From the NCBI GenBank assembly GCA_963796325.1, contig CAWCLF010000001.1, forward strand, positions 1,461,800-1,525,799: a stretch of 64,000 nt of DNA, written 5' to 3'. The notes under the pieces are model-generated. The model was not told the origin of the DNA. It did no database searches and saw only the letters and a program-made list of their open reading frames with translations. The position numbers and the translations under genes are program-made. Origin of the DNA: an uncultured Spirochaetota bacterium (GTDB lineage Bacteria; Spirochaetota; Brevinematia; Brevinematales; JAOACQ01). How positions within the stretch are numbered: position 1 is the first letter of the stretch; each line of letters opens with the position of its first letter. Shown here one piece after another: positions 9,111 through 20,475 of the stretch.

Positions 9111-11759
9111 ATGCATATATATAAAAGAGAGAATGGGATTTATTATTACAAACGTGTTGTTGCCGGAGAATTAAAAAGGTTCAGTTTAGGAGTGAGGGAT
9201 TATAGGTTAGCCCATGAACTTCAGGAACTATACGATAAGGATAAGTTTTTATCTTTCCATGAAAAGAAAAAACACATAGTGGGTAATATCCCTTTAGATG
9301 AAAAAGACCAGGAAGCTGATTCTAAAATCAAAAAGCATAATATAAAAGATATTTTTGTTGAGTTCTTGGAGGGGAAAAATGCCTATTACCCCGTGTGTTA
9401 GGATAGTTGTCGCCTAAAATATTAGGAGACAAAAAATGAAAAGTCAATTTCATTCAGAAGAATTCAGGAGAACTATCGTTCAAAAGATGTGTATTCCCGG
9501 CGGGAAAACAGTAACAGAATTAAGTCAGGAAATAGGAGTGAGTGATCAGACCCTTTACAATTGGAGGAAAATGATCCAGAATAATGTATCCAGAGGATAC
9601 CAGGAGAGAAGTCCGAGAGGTTGGAAACTATCTGAAAAGTATCAGGCGGTGATAGATTCAGCCAATCAATCGGGAGAAGAGTTGGGACAGTGGCTAAGGA
9701 AAAACGGACTTCAGACAACGCATATCGAGCTCTGGAAACAGGAGTGTAAATCAGTGTTATCTAATAATGAAGCCAGGGATGAAATCAAGCAATTGAAAAT
9801 AAAAATAGCCGAGTTAGAAAAGGAAATTAATCGTAAGGATAAAACTATAGCCGAGGTTACTTCTCTGCTGGTGCTTAAAAAAAAACTGAACAAGCTATTC
9901 GGCAAAGAGGAAGATTAACTCCCATGGATATAAGGATAAATATCTGTGATTTGATAAATGAGGCAGTTATGACAGGGGCAAGCAGGGATAAGGCTTGTGA
10001 AGAATCAGGTTATGACATCAGGACCATTCAGCGCTGGGATAAAAATCTTGAAGGAGATAGGAGAAAAATACGGGAATATAAACCCAGGAATGCCCTGTCA
10101 GCAGAAGAAAGAGAGGAAATCATCTCCTGTTGCTGCTCTGAGAGGTTCATAGATATGACCCCGAATGAAATAGTACCATTACTGGCCGAGGAAGGGGTCT
10201 ATAAAGGATCAGAATCGACTTTTTATCGTGTCTTGAAGGAAAAAAATATGCTTCACCATAGATATGAAACGAAGCCGAAAACGGCGAGAAAAACCCCAAG
10301 AGAGTTGGAAGCGACAGGGCCCAACCAGGTATGGAGCTGGGATATTACCTATATATCCAGTCATATCAAGGGTAAGTACTTCTATCTCTATCTGTTTGAG
10401 GATGTCTGGAGCCGTAAGATAGTCGGCTGGAAAATGCACGAGGAGGAAAGCTCCGATCATGCCGCCAGGATTATGGCCGAGATCGGAGAAACAATTGATT
10501 TAAAGGGCTTGTATCTACATTCAGATAACGGTTCTCCTATGAAAGGAGCAACGATGTTATCGACCTTGCAGAGGCTACAGGTTATGCCATCGTTTTCAAG
10601 GCCGAGCGTAAGTAACGATAACCCTTACTCAGAATCATTGTTTAAGACTTTAAAGTATAATGTAAAATACCCTGGCCGTTTCGAGACAATAGAAGCGGCG
10701 GAAATATGGATGCAGAATTTCGTAGACTGGTATAACAATAAGCATCTTCATTCAGGGATTGGATATGTGACCCCTGCACAGAGACATGACGGTAAAGATA
10801 AGGCAATACTCCTGATGAGAGCGAAAACTTATGATGCGGCAAAAAGCAGGCATCCTGAAAGATGGTCAGGAGAATCTAAAAAATGGGAAAGGATAGAATC
10901 GGTATTTTTAAACCCGAGTAAGACTAACAAGGAATCGTTGATTGCGGCGTAAAATAAAAGCGACAACTCCCTTGACAAAAACCGATTAGTAAAAGCCAAA
11001 ATAATGTTTATAAGCGAATCTTTCAGCTTCTAACTGAACATAACTTTTTTTACATAGAGGATTTTACAGTCAAAAAACTTAGTGAATTTTTTTCATTTTT
11101 AATTGATACATATAAATCAAATTCTGTCATTAAATACATCAATGCTATTAAGGCTTTCTTGCACTATTCTATAAAGTTTGGATATTTCAACCTAACGGAA
11201 TATAATCGGATAAACTGGCCCAGGATAAGGACTAAAGTTAATGATTTTATTATGAGTGATGAAGATTTGCAAAAAGTATGGGATTATTTCAATGAAAAAT
11301 AACCATGATTTCTATATCTATCTCCTATGTCTTTACAATTTATGCTGTCGGCCATCGGAAGTTCTTTTTATCAGGAAGATTGATTTTGATTTGATAAATA
11401 GAACTGCAAGAATCTTTATGCCCAAAACCAAAAAATATAAAAATATTCCTATCTTAAGTGATAGATTTTTTGAAATTTTAAAAGAACATTTGGAAGTTTT
11501 AAATGATGAGGATTATGTTGTCAAATTTCGGTCTTTTGATCACTATTCAAAACTTTTTAAAAGATTAAAACAAAAATTGAATTTGAATCCAAAGATTAAT
11601 TTGTATTCGGTGAGACATAAGGCAGCCACCAAGTTATACTTGCAAACATTGGATCCAAAGTTCATTAGCATTATGCTGGGTAATGATGTTGATATGGCGA
11701 TGAGAGTTTATGTAAACCCAGCGATTACTGAATATGATAAATATCGTAATAACATTTAA
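9111..11759 (+). pseudogene. Second integrase, paralog of 5414-6475; IS-interrupted and frameshifted
   Basis: N-terminus MHIYKRENGIYYY resembles MGLIRRSNGFYYV. After removing IS 9389-10984 the reading ISKSQNNVY...IMSDEDL...CRPSE...YSVRH...MRVY needs two single-base frameshifts (near 9370-9385 and 11290-11300). Confidence 0.8.
9389..10984 (+). mobile_element. IS3-family element C, copy 1 (1596 bp)
   Basis: Ends CCCCGTGTGTTAGG...CTTGACAAAAACCG; 4-bp TSD ATTA (9385-9388, 10985-10988); orfA 9436-9918 and orfB 9924-10952 (WSWDITY, LHSDNG, SNDNPYSE). Confidence 0.95.
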
Positions 11760-11776
11760 TTATTGGAGAATAAAGA

Positions 11777-14133
11777 ATGTTAGAAAATAATTTTGAAGCT
11801 TTACTTAAATTGGCTCAAAACCTTGAATTCACTGATCTTGACAAAATTGTAATAGGAGCACAAAAAAAGATATCAAAAACTGATCCTTTTTATCGGCGGG
11901 ATAATTTTCATGACATTTCATATATCCCAGATATAGCAATCAATAATCCAAGGAAGTATTTTAAGCCCTGTTTCTATTGTTTTAAGGAGGATCTTCAAAT
12001 CATTATAAAAGAGAGAGGGGGTGCCAGTAAACATTCAGAACGCATCAGCAACAACCGCTTAATATGGGATGCATTCAGAAGATTATGTAAAAGGGATCAA
12101 AAGAAGCATAAACATACTATTGAACACACAAGGTTACAAATGATAAAAGCAAAAATCAGGGGCTACAGATACTGCTATGAAGGTGGCTTCTGGAGTCGGC
12201 GAGAATATCGGCTTAATGATAACTGCCAGCTTATTGGAACAGGTAACATCCTGTCAATAATAATCCCGATTGAAGATCAGCAAGACATAGTAGGGTTAAT
12301 GCATAGGAAGATTGATGAAGTAATTGATCTGGGTGTCTACCAGACTGACAATGAAGAAGAAAGGAAGTTAATCCATAACCGGTTCAAACTGAAGGAAATG
12401 GAGATAGATGCATATTTCTATGACCAACCTCTTTTTGAATTATTACTCCATGAAGATGAATATCACTATGAAACAACTACCTACCTCAAGGTAAATAAAT
12501 CATCTGAATTATACGCATACAATGTTACTGCTAAGCAAGAAGGACGAGACTTCAATCTACCTGATGACCTTTATAAAATAGAACTGCGGTTAAAGTTTCT
12601 GTACTTCAAATACCTTTATAAAGCTCACCCTGAAGTAAAATTGTTGAACCCAGTTGAACTATTTAAATGGCTGAAAAGTAGAGAGTCAAAGGATTTTATT
12701 TTCAATCAATCTCCTGCGCCCTTTGTCAAGAACAATTATCCAAAAGGTTTAAGGTGTATCCAGGGTTACGCAGCATTTCTTACTGCAAATGCTCCATAGT
12801 AAACTTCATCAGGGGTAGAGTATTCCAGGGATTGATGAAACCTTTCTTCGTTAAAAAATTTAAAGTAATTGTCTATTCCCTCCTTTAATTCTTTCATATC
12901 AGAGTAGTCTCTCAGATAAATTTCCTCGTACTTCAATGATCTCCAGAGCCTTTCAACATATATGTTATCCAGGGCCCTTCCTTTGCCGTCCATGCTGATT
13001 TGTATATTTCTGCTTTTTAATACATCGATAAACTTATCAGAAGTAAACTGGCTCCCCTGATCGGTGTTGAATATAGCTGGAACTCCATACTTTCTCAAGG
13101 TTTCTTCCAGAACCTCGACGCAGAAATTAGCGTCCATTGTGTTGGATAATCTCCAGGATAAGACTTTACGGCTGTATAGATCGATAATCGCTGCCAAATA
13201 GACATAAGTTCCTTCCAACTTGACATAGGTTATATCCGTGGCCCAGGCATGGTTTGGAGCAAGAAAGTTTTTACCTTTCAACAAATATGGATATTTCGGG
13301 TGCGCTTTATTCGGAATGCTGGTCCTCATCCTGGGATATATCGCCCTAAGTCCTATCTTTTTCATCAATCGCCTGGTGATCTTCCTTGTCAGTCCATGGT
13401 CTTTTAACGACAAACAAATTTTCCTATACCCATAAAAAGGGTGTTTATGGTATTCCTTCCTTATCAGGCTTACCTTTTCAAACTCATCATCTTCAATGGC
13501 AGAGCTGTTTGCAGGCTGGTAATAATACCAGGACCGTCCGATTTCTAAGCCCTTACAGAGCTTTGAAATTGAAATTCCTTGATTATTGCTCTCTAAAATT
13601 TCGGATCGTGTCCAAAGATAGCCTTGTACTTTTTTTTTAACACACTGTTTTCAATCTGCAATTCACCGAGTGCATTAATATACTGGTTTTCTTTTTCCTG
13701 ATGCCTGCGTGCTTCATCACTTTTTTTATTGGGACGTTCAAATAATTCCGCAGCGCCTTCCAATAACTGCTTTTTCCATAGTCCTATCTGATTCGGGTGT
13801 ACATCAAATTCAGAAGCTAGTTGAACAATCGTTTTTTGCTCTCGTATGGCTTCAAGAGCAACTCTCGCTTTAAACTCATTCGTAAATGATTTCCTCATGG
13901 TTATTTCTCCTTTCTTGTTTTTCGGAGTATACCACCTTAAACTATCAGTTCAGATTGTGCAATTTTCAGGGCTCATTATACAATCCTTAAGGGATATTAG
14001 AAGGATAGTTGAAGAATCGAATGTTCAAACTGGTATCCGCTGGAAGATTCTGGATGATCTGAATAGGGAGTGGAAAGAAATGAAGACCTCATCTGGAACT
14101 TCGATGCCCGAAGGCAGCAAAGTAGTTCACTGA
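11777..14133 (+). pseudogene. Putative replication initiator-like protein (about 360 aa when reconstructed), split by an IS3 element
   Basis: Removing IS 12710-13980 and one CAA copy restores ...DFIFNQ-SLRDIRRIV...KVVH*. LYAYNVTAK...LYKIELRLK resembles the YxK...RxExR pattern of Rep_trans/gpII-type initiators (inference). Confidence 0.5.
12710..13980 (-). mobile_element. IS3-family element B (1271 bp)
   Basis: Imperfect IRs sharing TG(A/C)GCCCT...ACAA...GTTTAAGGTG; 3-bp TSD CAA (12707-12709, 13981-13983). orfA is 13593-13898; orfB ends at 12766 and extends upstream past the listed ORF via an A9G -1 slippery site. Confidence 0.88.
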
Positions 14134-14159
14134 AACGCGAAGCATTGAAAGTTGTTATC

Positions 14160-14283
14160 GTGCGGGCCCGCAGGACCGCACTTAACCCCCTTAAAGGGGT
14201 TATCGTTAGTTCCCCAGTTTTTGAGGTCTCAGTTCCCTCAAAAACTGTTGTTGCAGTGGGGTCTTAGTTCCCCCATCTGCAAC
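14160..14283. repeat. Four consecutive hairpins after the Rep-like gene (putative origin)
   Basis: GTGCGG/CCGCAC (14160-14181), TAACCCC/GGGGTTA (14183-14202), CAGTTTTTGAGG/CCTCAAAAACTG (14215-14247), GTTGCAG.GGGG/CCCC..CTGCAAC (14250-14283); AGTTCCC occurs three times. Confidence 0.75.
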
Positions 14284-14698
14284 GCCATGAAAATTATTAG
14301 TTTTGTTATAGGAGCTATTCAAAGGTTTCAGCAATTATTACAAGCACGATATTCCGGACATTCCTGAATGGTCTTATTGCATTGTAAAATATCTTTACAA
14401 AGGGCATAGCCTTAAGGTACGATACTAAATGATTAACCGGATAAGACCTTGTACTCATCATGCTAAATATGATTATTGCAGAGAAGATAGTACCGATCTG
14501 TAAAGGATGACTGGTAGAAGTTTTGTTTCAAGCCTGCTTATTCCTAACAGGAAGTGTACTCAACAGGTACATAGAGAATCTATCTGATTTACTATTAAGA
14601 GTGTGGGCAGAATATAATTTGGGCATTAAACGGAACAAGAGATTAAATCGTGTAAATAGGGTTTAATAAATGATTTCTAATCGGATTAAAGAGGATCA

Positions 14699-16516
14699 TT
14701 ACAAAATTTTCTGTAAAACTATTTCCTTCAGCTTATCCTGAGTGATGAAAGGTGATTGTGCCCTTTCAATACCTTTTCCTCTATTACAAAGCAGGTCTCC
14801 CCTTCCTAACAGCGATTCTCCTCCCTGCTCGTCCAATATTATCTGGGAATTAGCTGAATTTATTACCCTCAGGCAAACTTTCAGTGGTAAATTAGCCTTA
14901 ATCAACCCTTGGACAATATTTTTATCGGGCCTTTGGGTAGCAAGAACCAGATGAATACCGGCAGCCCTGCCCTTGCCGGCAATCTTTGCAACAAGATTTT
15001 CGAATTCCTTTTTTTCTTCCTTACTCGACAGCACTAAATCTGCAAATTCATCAAAAACTATGATATGGAAAGGAATATCTTTCCTGCCTTTATAAAACCT
15101 TTCCGATAGATTAGAAAAACCTTCTTTTCCCAGGATTAAATACCTTTCTTCCATATCCACAACAACGGAAACAAGACAAGGTATAACATTATGAATATCA
15201 GTTACTACTGGTGTTTTTAGAAAAGGATTATCATTGAAAATGCTAAAAGTCAGTATTTTCGGATCGACCAGGGATAATTGAAGCGTTTGAGGACTATTTT
15301 TAAGAATTAACGAAGCGATCATTGATTTTAAAAATTCACTTTTACCGCTTCCCGATGCACCGGCTATGAGCGCATGACACATATTTGGGTCTGCAAAATC
15401 GGCAATAATAATTGAGGCATCCACCCCAACACCTATTGGGAAAGAAACAGGACCGTGATTTTCTTTATATCTAGCATCCTGCATCACCTTTTCCCATGAT
15501 ACAACGGCGGGCTTTTCCTTCGGTAAATCGATTGTAACGCAGCCTTGGGCCGGACCAATAAGAGGGGGAAATTGAAGAGACATTAATACCTGCAAATCGT
15601 CAGCACGACTTGCAAGTGATGATACTTTCACACCAGGTCCTGGATGGATTTTATACCTTGTAAGCTGGGGCGCTTCCAGTTTATCAATTACTTCTACTAC
15701 CAGATTGAATGAAGAAAAACATCGGATGATATCTTGTGAGAAGTCTTTATCAACAGAATAATATTGTTTTGAATCGGATCGCTTATATTCAGCTATTTTC
15801 CGTAAGGTTGGTTCCACCATATTGGCAAAAAGAGAATTTAATTCATCCCTGCTAACAACAACTTCATGCAGTTCCGGCAGATAATACTCCAAAACGCCCC
15901 GAAAATTTTTGTCAGGATTTAACTTGGAAAAACATTTCCAGTATATAGCAAGCTGGAGGATGTCATACTTAAGATTATTACCTTTTGTTAATTTATAATC
16001 TACGATTTCGAGACTTCCATCAGGGGATCTCCTGACAGTATCCGATTTGCCGGAAACAAATACGGAATTTCCTTCAAAGGAGAATTGAATATCTTTGAAC
16101 TCCCATTGCTTTATCGTAATCGGAAAGATATCCTTCCATGATTGAAATCCAGGCATCCTCATTTTTAACTCTATTAGTCTTTTGCAAAATGCCTCTATAG
16201 ATTTAACAAATTTGTGAGCAGTATTATTTCCTTTTTCCTTTATGATTTCCATTATTCTCTTTTTTGCAAACTTTGAATACATATGATCCCATATCGATAT
16301 AAAATCTGAAATTTTATCGGGAGAGATATCTCCTCGATTTAACCACTCCAAAAATTCTGCAGTTATCAGATGAAAGTCAGTTCCATAGGATTTAATCCCG
16401 CCATCTGACGTGAAGTTTCTTGTGTCAGGGTTTTTACCTTCAAGCCAATCCTGGAGCCAATCATTATCAATACAGGCTTTTTCAAGACTTGTTACATTAA
16501 TGGCCTTTATTTCCAT
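14699..16516 (-). CDS. PD-(D/E)XK (RecB/AddB-like) nuclease fused to an FtsK/SpoIIIE ATPase, without TM or gamma domain
   Basis: Nuclease motifs GTDFH, SGKSD, IVDYK, LQLAIY; FtsK motifs GASGSGKS, IVFDEFADL, GRAAGIHLVLATQRP. Start set at ATG 16516 (MEIKA), overlapping the upstream stop. Confidence 0.85.
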   Translation of the reverse strand: MEIKAINVTSLEKACIDNDWLQDWLEGKNPDTRNFTSDGGIKSYGTDFHLITAEFLEWLNRGDISPDKISDFISIWDHMYSKFAKKRIMEIIKEKGNNTAHKFVKSIEAFCKRLIELKMRMPGFQSWKDIFPITIKQWEFKDIQFSFEGNSVFVSGKSDTVRRSPDGSLEIVDYKLTKGNNLKYDILQLAIYWKCFSKLNPDKNFRGVLEYYLPELHEVVVSRDELNSLFANMVEPTLRKIAEYKRSDSKQYYSVDKDFSQDIIRCFSSFNLVVEVIDKLEAPQLTRYKIHPGPGVKVSSLASRADDLQVLMSLQFPPLIGPAQGCVTIDLPKEKPAVVSWEKVMQDARYKENHGPVSFPIGVGVDASIIIADFADPNMCHALIAGASGSGKSEFLKSMIASLILKNSPQTLQLSLVDPKILTFSIFNDNPFLKTPVVTDIHNVIPCLVSVVVDMEERYLILGKEGFSNLSERFYKGRKDIPFHIIVFDEFADLVLSSKEEKKEFENLVAKIAGKGRAAGIHLVLATQRPDKNIVQGLIKANLPLKVCLRVINSANSQIILDEQGGESLLGRGDLLCNRGKGIERAQSPFITQDKLKEIVLQKIL

Positions 16517-18531
16517 AAAACAACCCACATTGAAGGGCCTTTGCTTATTTCTATTTCACTAATGTAACCGCAGGCCTTGAAAAGCTGCTCAGGACTGATC
16601 TGGTTGTTCAGCTGGCTAAGTAATTCATCCGTGCTGAGAAATTTTCTTTCCTTCATAATTCCGCGTACCTTATTTATCATTTCCTTTGTCACTTCTACCG
16701 GGTGTTCAGGTTTTTCTGCAATTTCAGAAACAGGAGCCAACACTTTATCCCAAAGAAATTTCATTTTTATGAAAACAAATTTTATCACTTCAGAAGGATC
16801 AAAAGGAATATTACCCTGCATGGCCTGGTTATATAAATCATGCGATGCATAAAGCTGATATAGGTCTTCCCTGTTAAATGTTAAGATATGCAAAAAGATA
16901 CTTTTGGCTTTTTCGAATTCAGGAGCGGAAGCAACCCAGCTTGCTCTGGGTATGATTTCCAGATCAGGGGTTCTCAGAAAAATAATCTTGCAATCTTTAT
17001 TGGCAGCATAATATCTTTTAACCTCTCTGAGAATCGCATTCCATACCCGGCCATCAGAACTTTCTTCGAATCCGAAGTAAATGTTTCTGGCCTTAATGTT
17101 CCAATGGAGTGAAATATATGCCATATTTTGTCCATGCTTTTCAATTGTTAATCCGGGAATTCCGGCAGCTGCCTCATGGAAACACCAATATAGAGCATTA
17201 GGGTTGTAAACTTGGAGGCTTGTCTGGGAAACAATCTTTTCATAAGAAACCTGATAGAAATATTCCAGATTTTTAGCTGGTGTTACTATTTCAACTTCTT
17301 TTGTTGTTTCAATATAATGCTCACTGCATAAGTTAAGGAATTTGCGAATTCCAAGCTCAATTATATCATTGAAGACTTCCGTTTTCAGCCATTCATGACT
17401 TTGAAAATTTTTTGTTTCCTCCATTCCTACTAATTTAAAACGTTGATCTATTAGTTTTTCAGCCTGGTCCCTATTGATCCCATTCAAGCTGATAGGCTTA
17501 CCAAATCTATCTATTTCTGCTTGTTCAAGGTGATTTAATACACGATATTTCCAAATATCTTCTCTGGAAGTGATGACAGTCAAATGGTTATTAAATTCAT
17601 TTACCATTACTTGTATTACTAACCCCAAAGACTTGACTAGAGATTCATCTTTACTATAATTTTCAATCTGATCGAAACAAAAAACAAAAGGCCTAAAAAA
17701 CCCGGCAAGCAGACAGAGATCCATAATCCGATTTCTGCAAAGCTCATTTTTTTCGGTAGTTCCCATATCAGGGTCGGGATTGTCGTTCATATCGAGACCG
17801 ATACTCTTTGCAGATTCAGGATCGATAGTTCCTCCCTTTAGCCATGACAGACAGGGGTTTGTAAGCATGAAATCATATGGAAAATATGCCAGATGTATCA
17901 GAATACCAAGCCAGCTTGCACAATTTGCATTCAGGATTATTCCACTTCTTGAAAGCCTGTCGCCAAAAAAATTTATCAATTCTTTCCAATATTTATTAAA
18001 AAATTCTGTCCATTTTTGTTCTTTTCTGAAATTGGATAGTACAGCTGACTTGATTCTTTCAGCCTCGGTATCTTTATCAGCACCTTTTACCCTGATATGT
18101 CCTTTTTTTACAGCATCAGAAACCAAATTGGATAAAACTCCATGAGCAAAAGCCTCAGCCTGGGAAGGCTGTTTCTCACTATATTCAACATTAATCACAT
18201 CCGGGCGCTGCATTTCCTGAACTATTTTAAGGAGGATGGTTTTCCAGCAGCTTGAAGGGTCTTCAAAAGGTTCCAAGTATACAAGGGTTGCCTGCTTTGT
18301 AAGACTCTTGAATAAACGTCCTATAAAGTGGGATTTACCATAACCAGCATCGGGAGATAATACAAGTTGGACATTATTAATGCTTTTTTTAGTTTTAGAT
18401 GGATCTCCAGTCAGGTTTCTAAAACGGCTGATTATTAATTCCAACTGCTCATCGTTCAACCCCTTTATCGAAGGTTCAATCTTTCGGGGGTTTTTTACTA
18501 TGTTTTCTTCAAAAGGATTAAACAGAAGCAT
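16507..18531 (-). CDS. Large P-loop AAA+ ATPase (674 aa)
   Basis: Walker A SPDAGYGKS, Walker B VFCFDQIE, putative Arg finger IDRF. Confidence 0.8.
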   Translation of the reverse strand: MLLFNPFEENIVKNPRKIEPSIKGLNDEQLELIISRFRNLTGDPSKTKKSINNVQLVLSPDAGYGKSHFIGRLFKSLTKQATLVYLEPFEDPSSCWKTILLKIVQEMQRPDVINVEYSEKQPSQAEAFAHGVLSNLVSDAVKKGHIRVKGADKDTEAERIKSAVLSNFRKEQKWTEFFNKYWKELINFFGDRLSRSGIILNANCASWLGILIHLAYFPYDFMLTNPCLSWLKGGTIDPESAKSIGLDMNDNPDPDMGTTEKNELCRNRIMDLCLLAGFFRPFVFCFDQIENYSKDESLVKSLGLVIQVMVNEFNNHLTVITSREDIWKYRVLNHLEQAEIDRFGKPISLNGINRDQAEKLIDQRFKLVGMEETKNFQSHEWLKTEVFNDIIELGIRKFLNLCSEHYIETTKEVEIVTPAKNLEYFYQVSYEKIVSQTSLQVYNPNALYWCFHEAAAGIPGLTIEKHGQNMAYISLHWNIKARNIYFGFEESSDGRVWNAILREVKRYYAANKDCKIIFLRTPDLEIIPRASWVASAPEFEKAKSIFLHILTFNREDLYQLYASHDLYNQAMQGNIPFDPSEVIKFVFIKMKFLWDKVLAPVSEIAEKPEHPVEVTKEMINKVRGIMKERKFLSTDELLSQLNNQISPEQLFKACGYISEIEISKGPSMWVVLWK

Positions 18532-18534
18532 ATT

Positions 18535-19260
18535 TTAATCCTTAAAACAGACCAATAAGTGCCTTGACCCCAGCATATTTATTGCTCCTGCTCTTGCTTT
18601 GTCATCAGCTATCGACCAATCACCTATTGCAAGTATCACGTTGCCATTTCTGCTTTGTTCCACAAGAAAATTCTTAAGCTCATCCATAGGAATATTTAAC
18701 TTCCTCTGAAGCTCCGAAATATAAACATTTTGAAAACCAGTATGGGTTGTCATTTCTTTATAAGCTTTAAGTGCTTTTTCAAGAGTAATATAATATTTGT
18801 TACTGGTTTTCCCTTTTTCTGTTCCTGAACTTTCTGCAATTTGCTTTATAAAATTAGTATTTATATACAAGTTTTTCCCGCTATGTTTCAGTAATAATAA
18901 ACCTCCTTCTTTTATAAGCCAATCAACAGCCATTCCTGCCTTTAGCTTGACAACTGACGGCGCTATTATTTCATCTTTCAATTCACTTATACTGATAACT
19001 TTGTTTTTCCTGTCTTCAGTAATCTTCAGAATGAGTTCAGAAGCCCATTCCATTGGATTAAAGAACTCGGCTAAAACATAAACATTACTTTTTTTAAAAG
19101 TACCGTATGTTACAACTTTTTTTTCAGCCATCAGTTCTTTTAATTTTTTATCGTAATTATTACTGTTCTTGGCCCCTATATCTTTTTTTTTAAGTCCATA
19201 CATTCCAGCTTTTTTAAACATTGTTAGAATTTCTTCTTTTATAATAGCTTTTTTCTGCAT
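18535..19260 (-). CDS. Basic hypothetical protein, probable tandem winged-helix DNA-binding protein
   Basis: Lys-rich, with repeated helix-rich segments (ISISELKDEI, VYISELQRKL); its stop is 3 bp from the ATPase start. Confidence 0.6.
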   Translation of the reverse strand: MQKKAIIKEEILTMFKKAGMYGLKKKDIGAKNSNNYDKKLKELMAEKKVVTYGTFKKSNVYVLAEFFNPMEWASELILKITEDRKNKVISISELKDEIIAPSVVKLKAGMAVDWLIKEGGLLLLKHSGKNLYINTNFIKQIAESSGTEKGKTSNKYYITLEKALKAYKEMTTHTGFQNVYISELQRKLNIPMDELKNFLVEQSRNGNVILAIGDWSIADDKARAGAINMLGSRHLLVCFKD

Positions 19261-19774
19261 AGTAAGTCTCCTTACAAAATAGCTTGGCAGGTTCTTAAAA
19301 ATATCTTTAAGAGTATATTTCTCGGGATCAAAAATATCAAGGCTTATTATGTATTACAATTTAAATTCTGACTATTTACAATTTTGACGAACAGGCTTTA
19401 TTTCGCTCTGACATTGGACCTTGAAAGATTTGTTGCATATTTGATAATGGATATACTTTTTAGCACCGTACAGAAATGCTATTCGCTTGAAGAAAACCCC
19501 GGTTTGAAATCGAATTTTAAGGAAAAGGTTCAGGATGTGTTCCGGAGAAACATTTTCTTCCAATAATTTCTTTTTTATAGAACAGTTCTACTGTTTTAAT
19601 AAATCCAGTCCTTTGATGGTGTTGCATTTTAATCATCGGACTGGATTTCTTTTTGGAAAATTATTTTGACTGTTTTCATATAATCCCTAGAAATTTACCG
19701 CGGCTGGGGGCAGTAATTTTACATCGCTTTCCCTTATACTTAACATAAACTAATAGACAAAACTGGAGGTTTTT

Positions 19775-19969
19775 ATGCCTTATAAAGTCATTGAGGCGGG
19801 AGCGATCAACAAACATGATCTTGAGTTATGGTTAAATGGTAATGCATTTGCAGAAGAGTCAAAAGACTGTGAGTTAATAAGCCTAATACCTATTCAAGGA
19901 AGAATCTTTGCTGTATGTAAAACTGATGGATATCAGCCTGTAGGTAAGAGGCAAATAGGAAATCAATAG
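19775..19969 (+). CDS. Small hypothetical protein (64 aa)
   Basis: Strong RBS GGAGG before the ATG. Confidence 0.55.
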   Translation: MPYKVIEAGAINKHDLELWLNGNAFAEESKDCELISLIPIQGRIFAVCKTDGYQPVGKRQIGNQ

Positions 19970-20475
19970 CTTCGTCAAGTGTATAGTTCCGAAAAAATAC
20001 TCGCAGAGAAAATACCACTCTATGTTAGCATAGGGTTGTATGGATTTTTATTTAGATAATGCCATGAGAAAAGAAGTTATATACTGCTGTTTCCCAAAAA
20101 ATTTCCGTAAAGATTAAAATTGTACAATATTGTTGTAAAGGCCAAGAGCCACAAGCCACCTAAAACCGGTTCGGGGGGAAAATAAACAACAGCCAGCTGA
20201 GGAGGGCTTTTCTTATATACGGGAGCAAGGCCGGAATACCGCAGGAAAAGCGGTATAAGGAACTATATGGTACGTAGTGTTTTTATACAAAATTTAGATG
20301 AATTAACAATATGGAAAAAAGGATTGAGAGAGATTTTTTGAGCAGGATGTAAACTGAATTATTTAAATTGATTTCATGGTCAAAATTTTATCTTTGAGAA
20401 GTTTTCAGAAATAGGTAAGGAAATTATCATGAATACTCATTATAAGGGCTGTGGAGGAGTTGAAAACGCATTTAA

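Noticed and set aside
19372-19566. Overlapping opposite-strand 60-63 aa ORFs upstream of the ATPase operon
   Set aside because: No convincing RBS or motif; cannot tell which, if either, is real.
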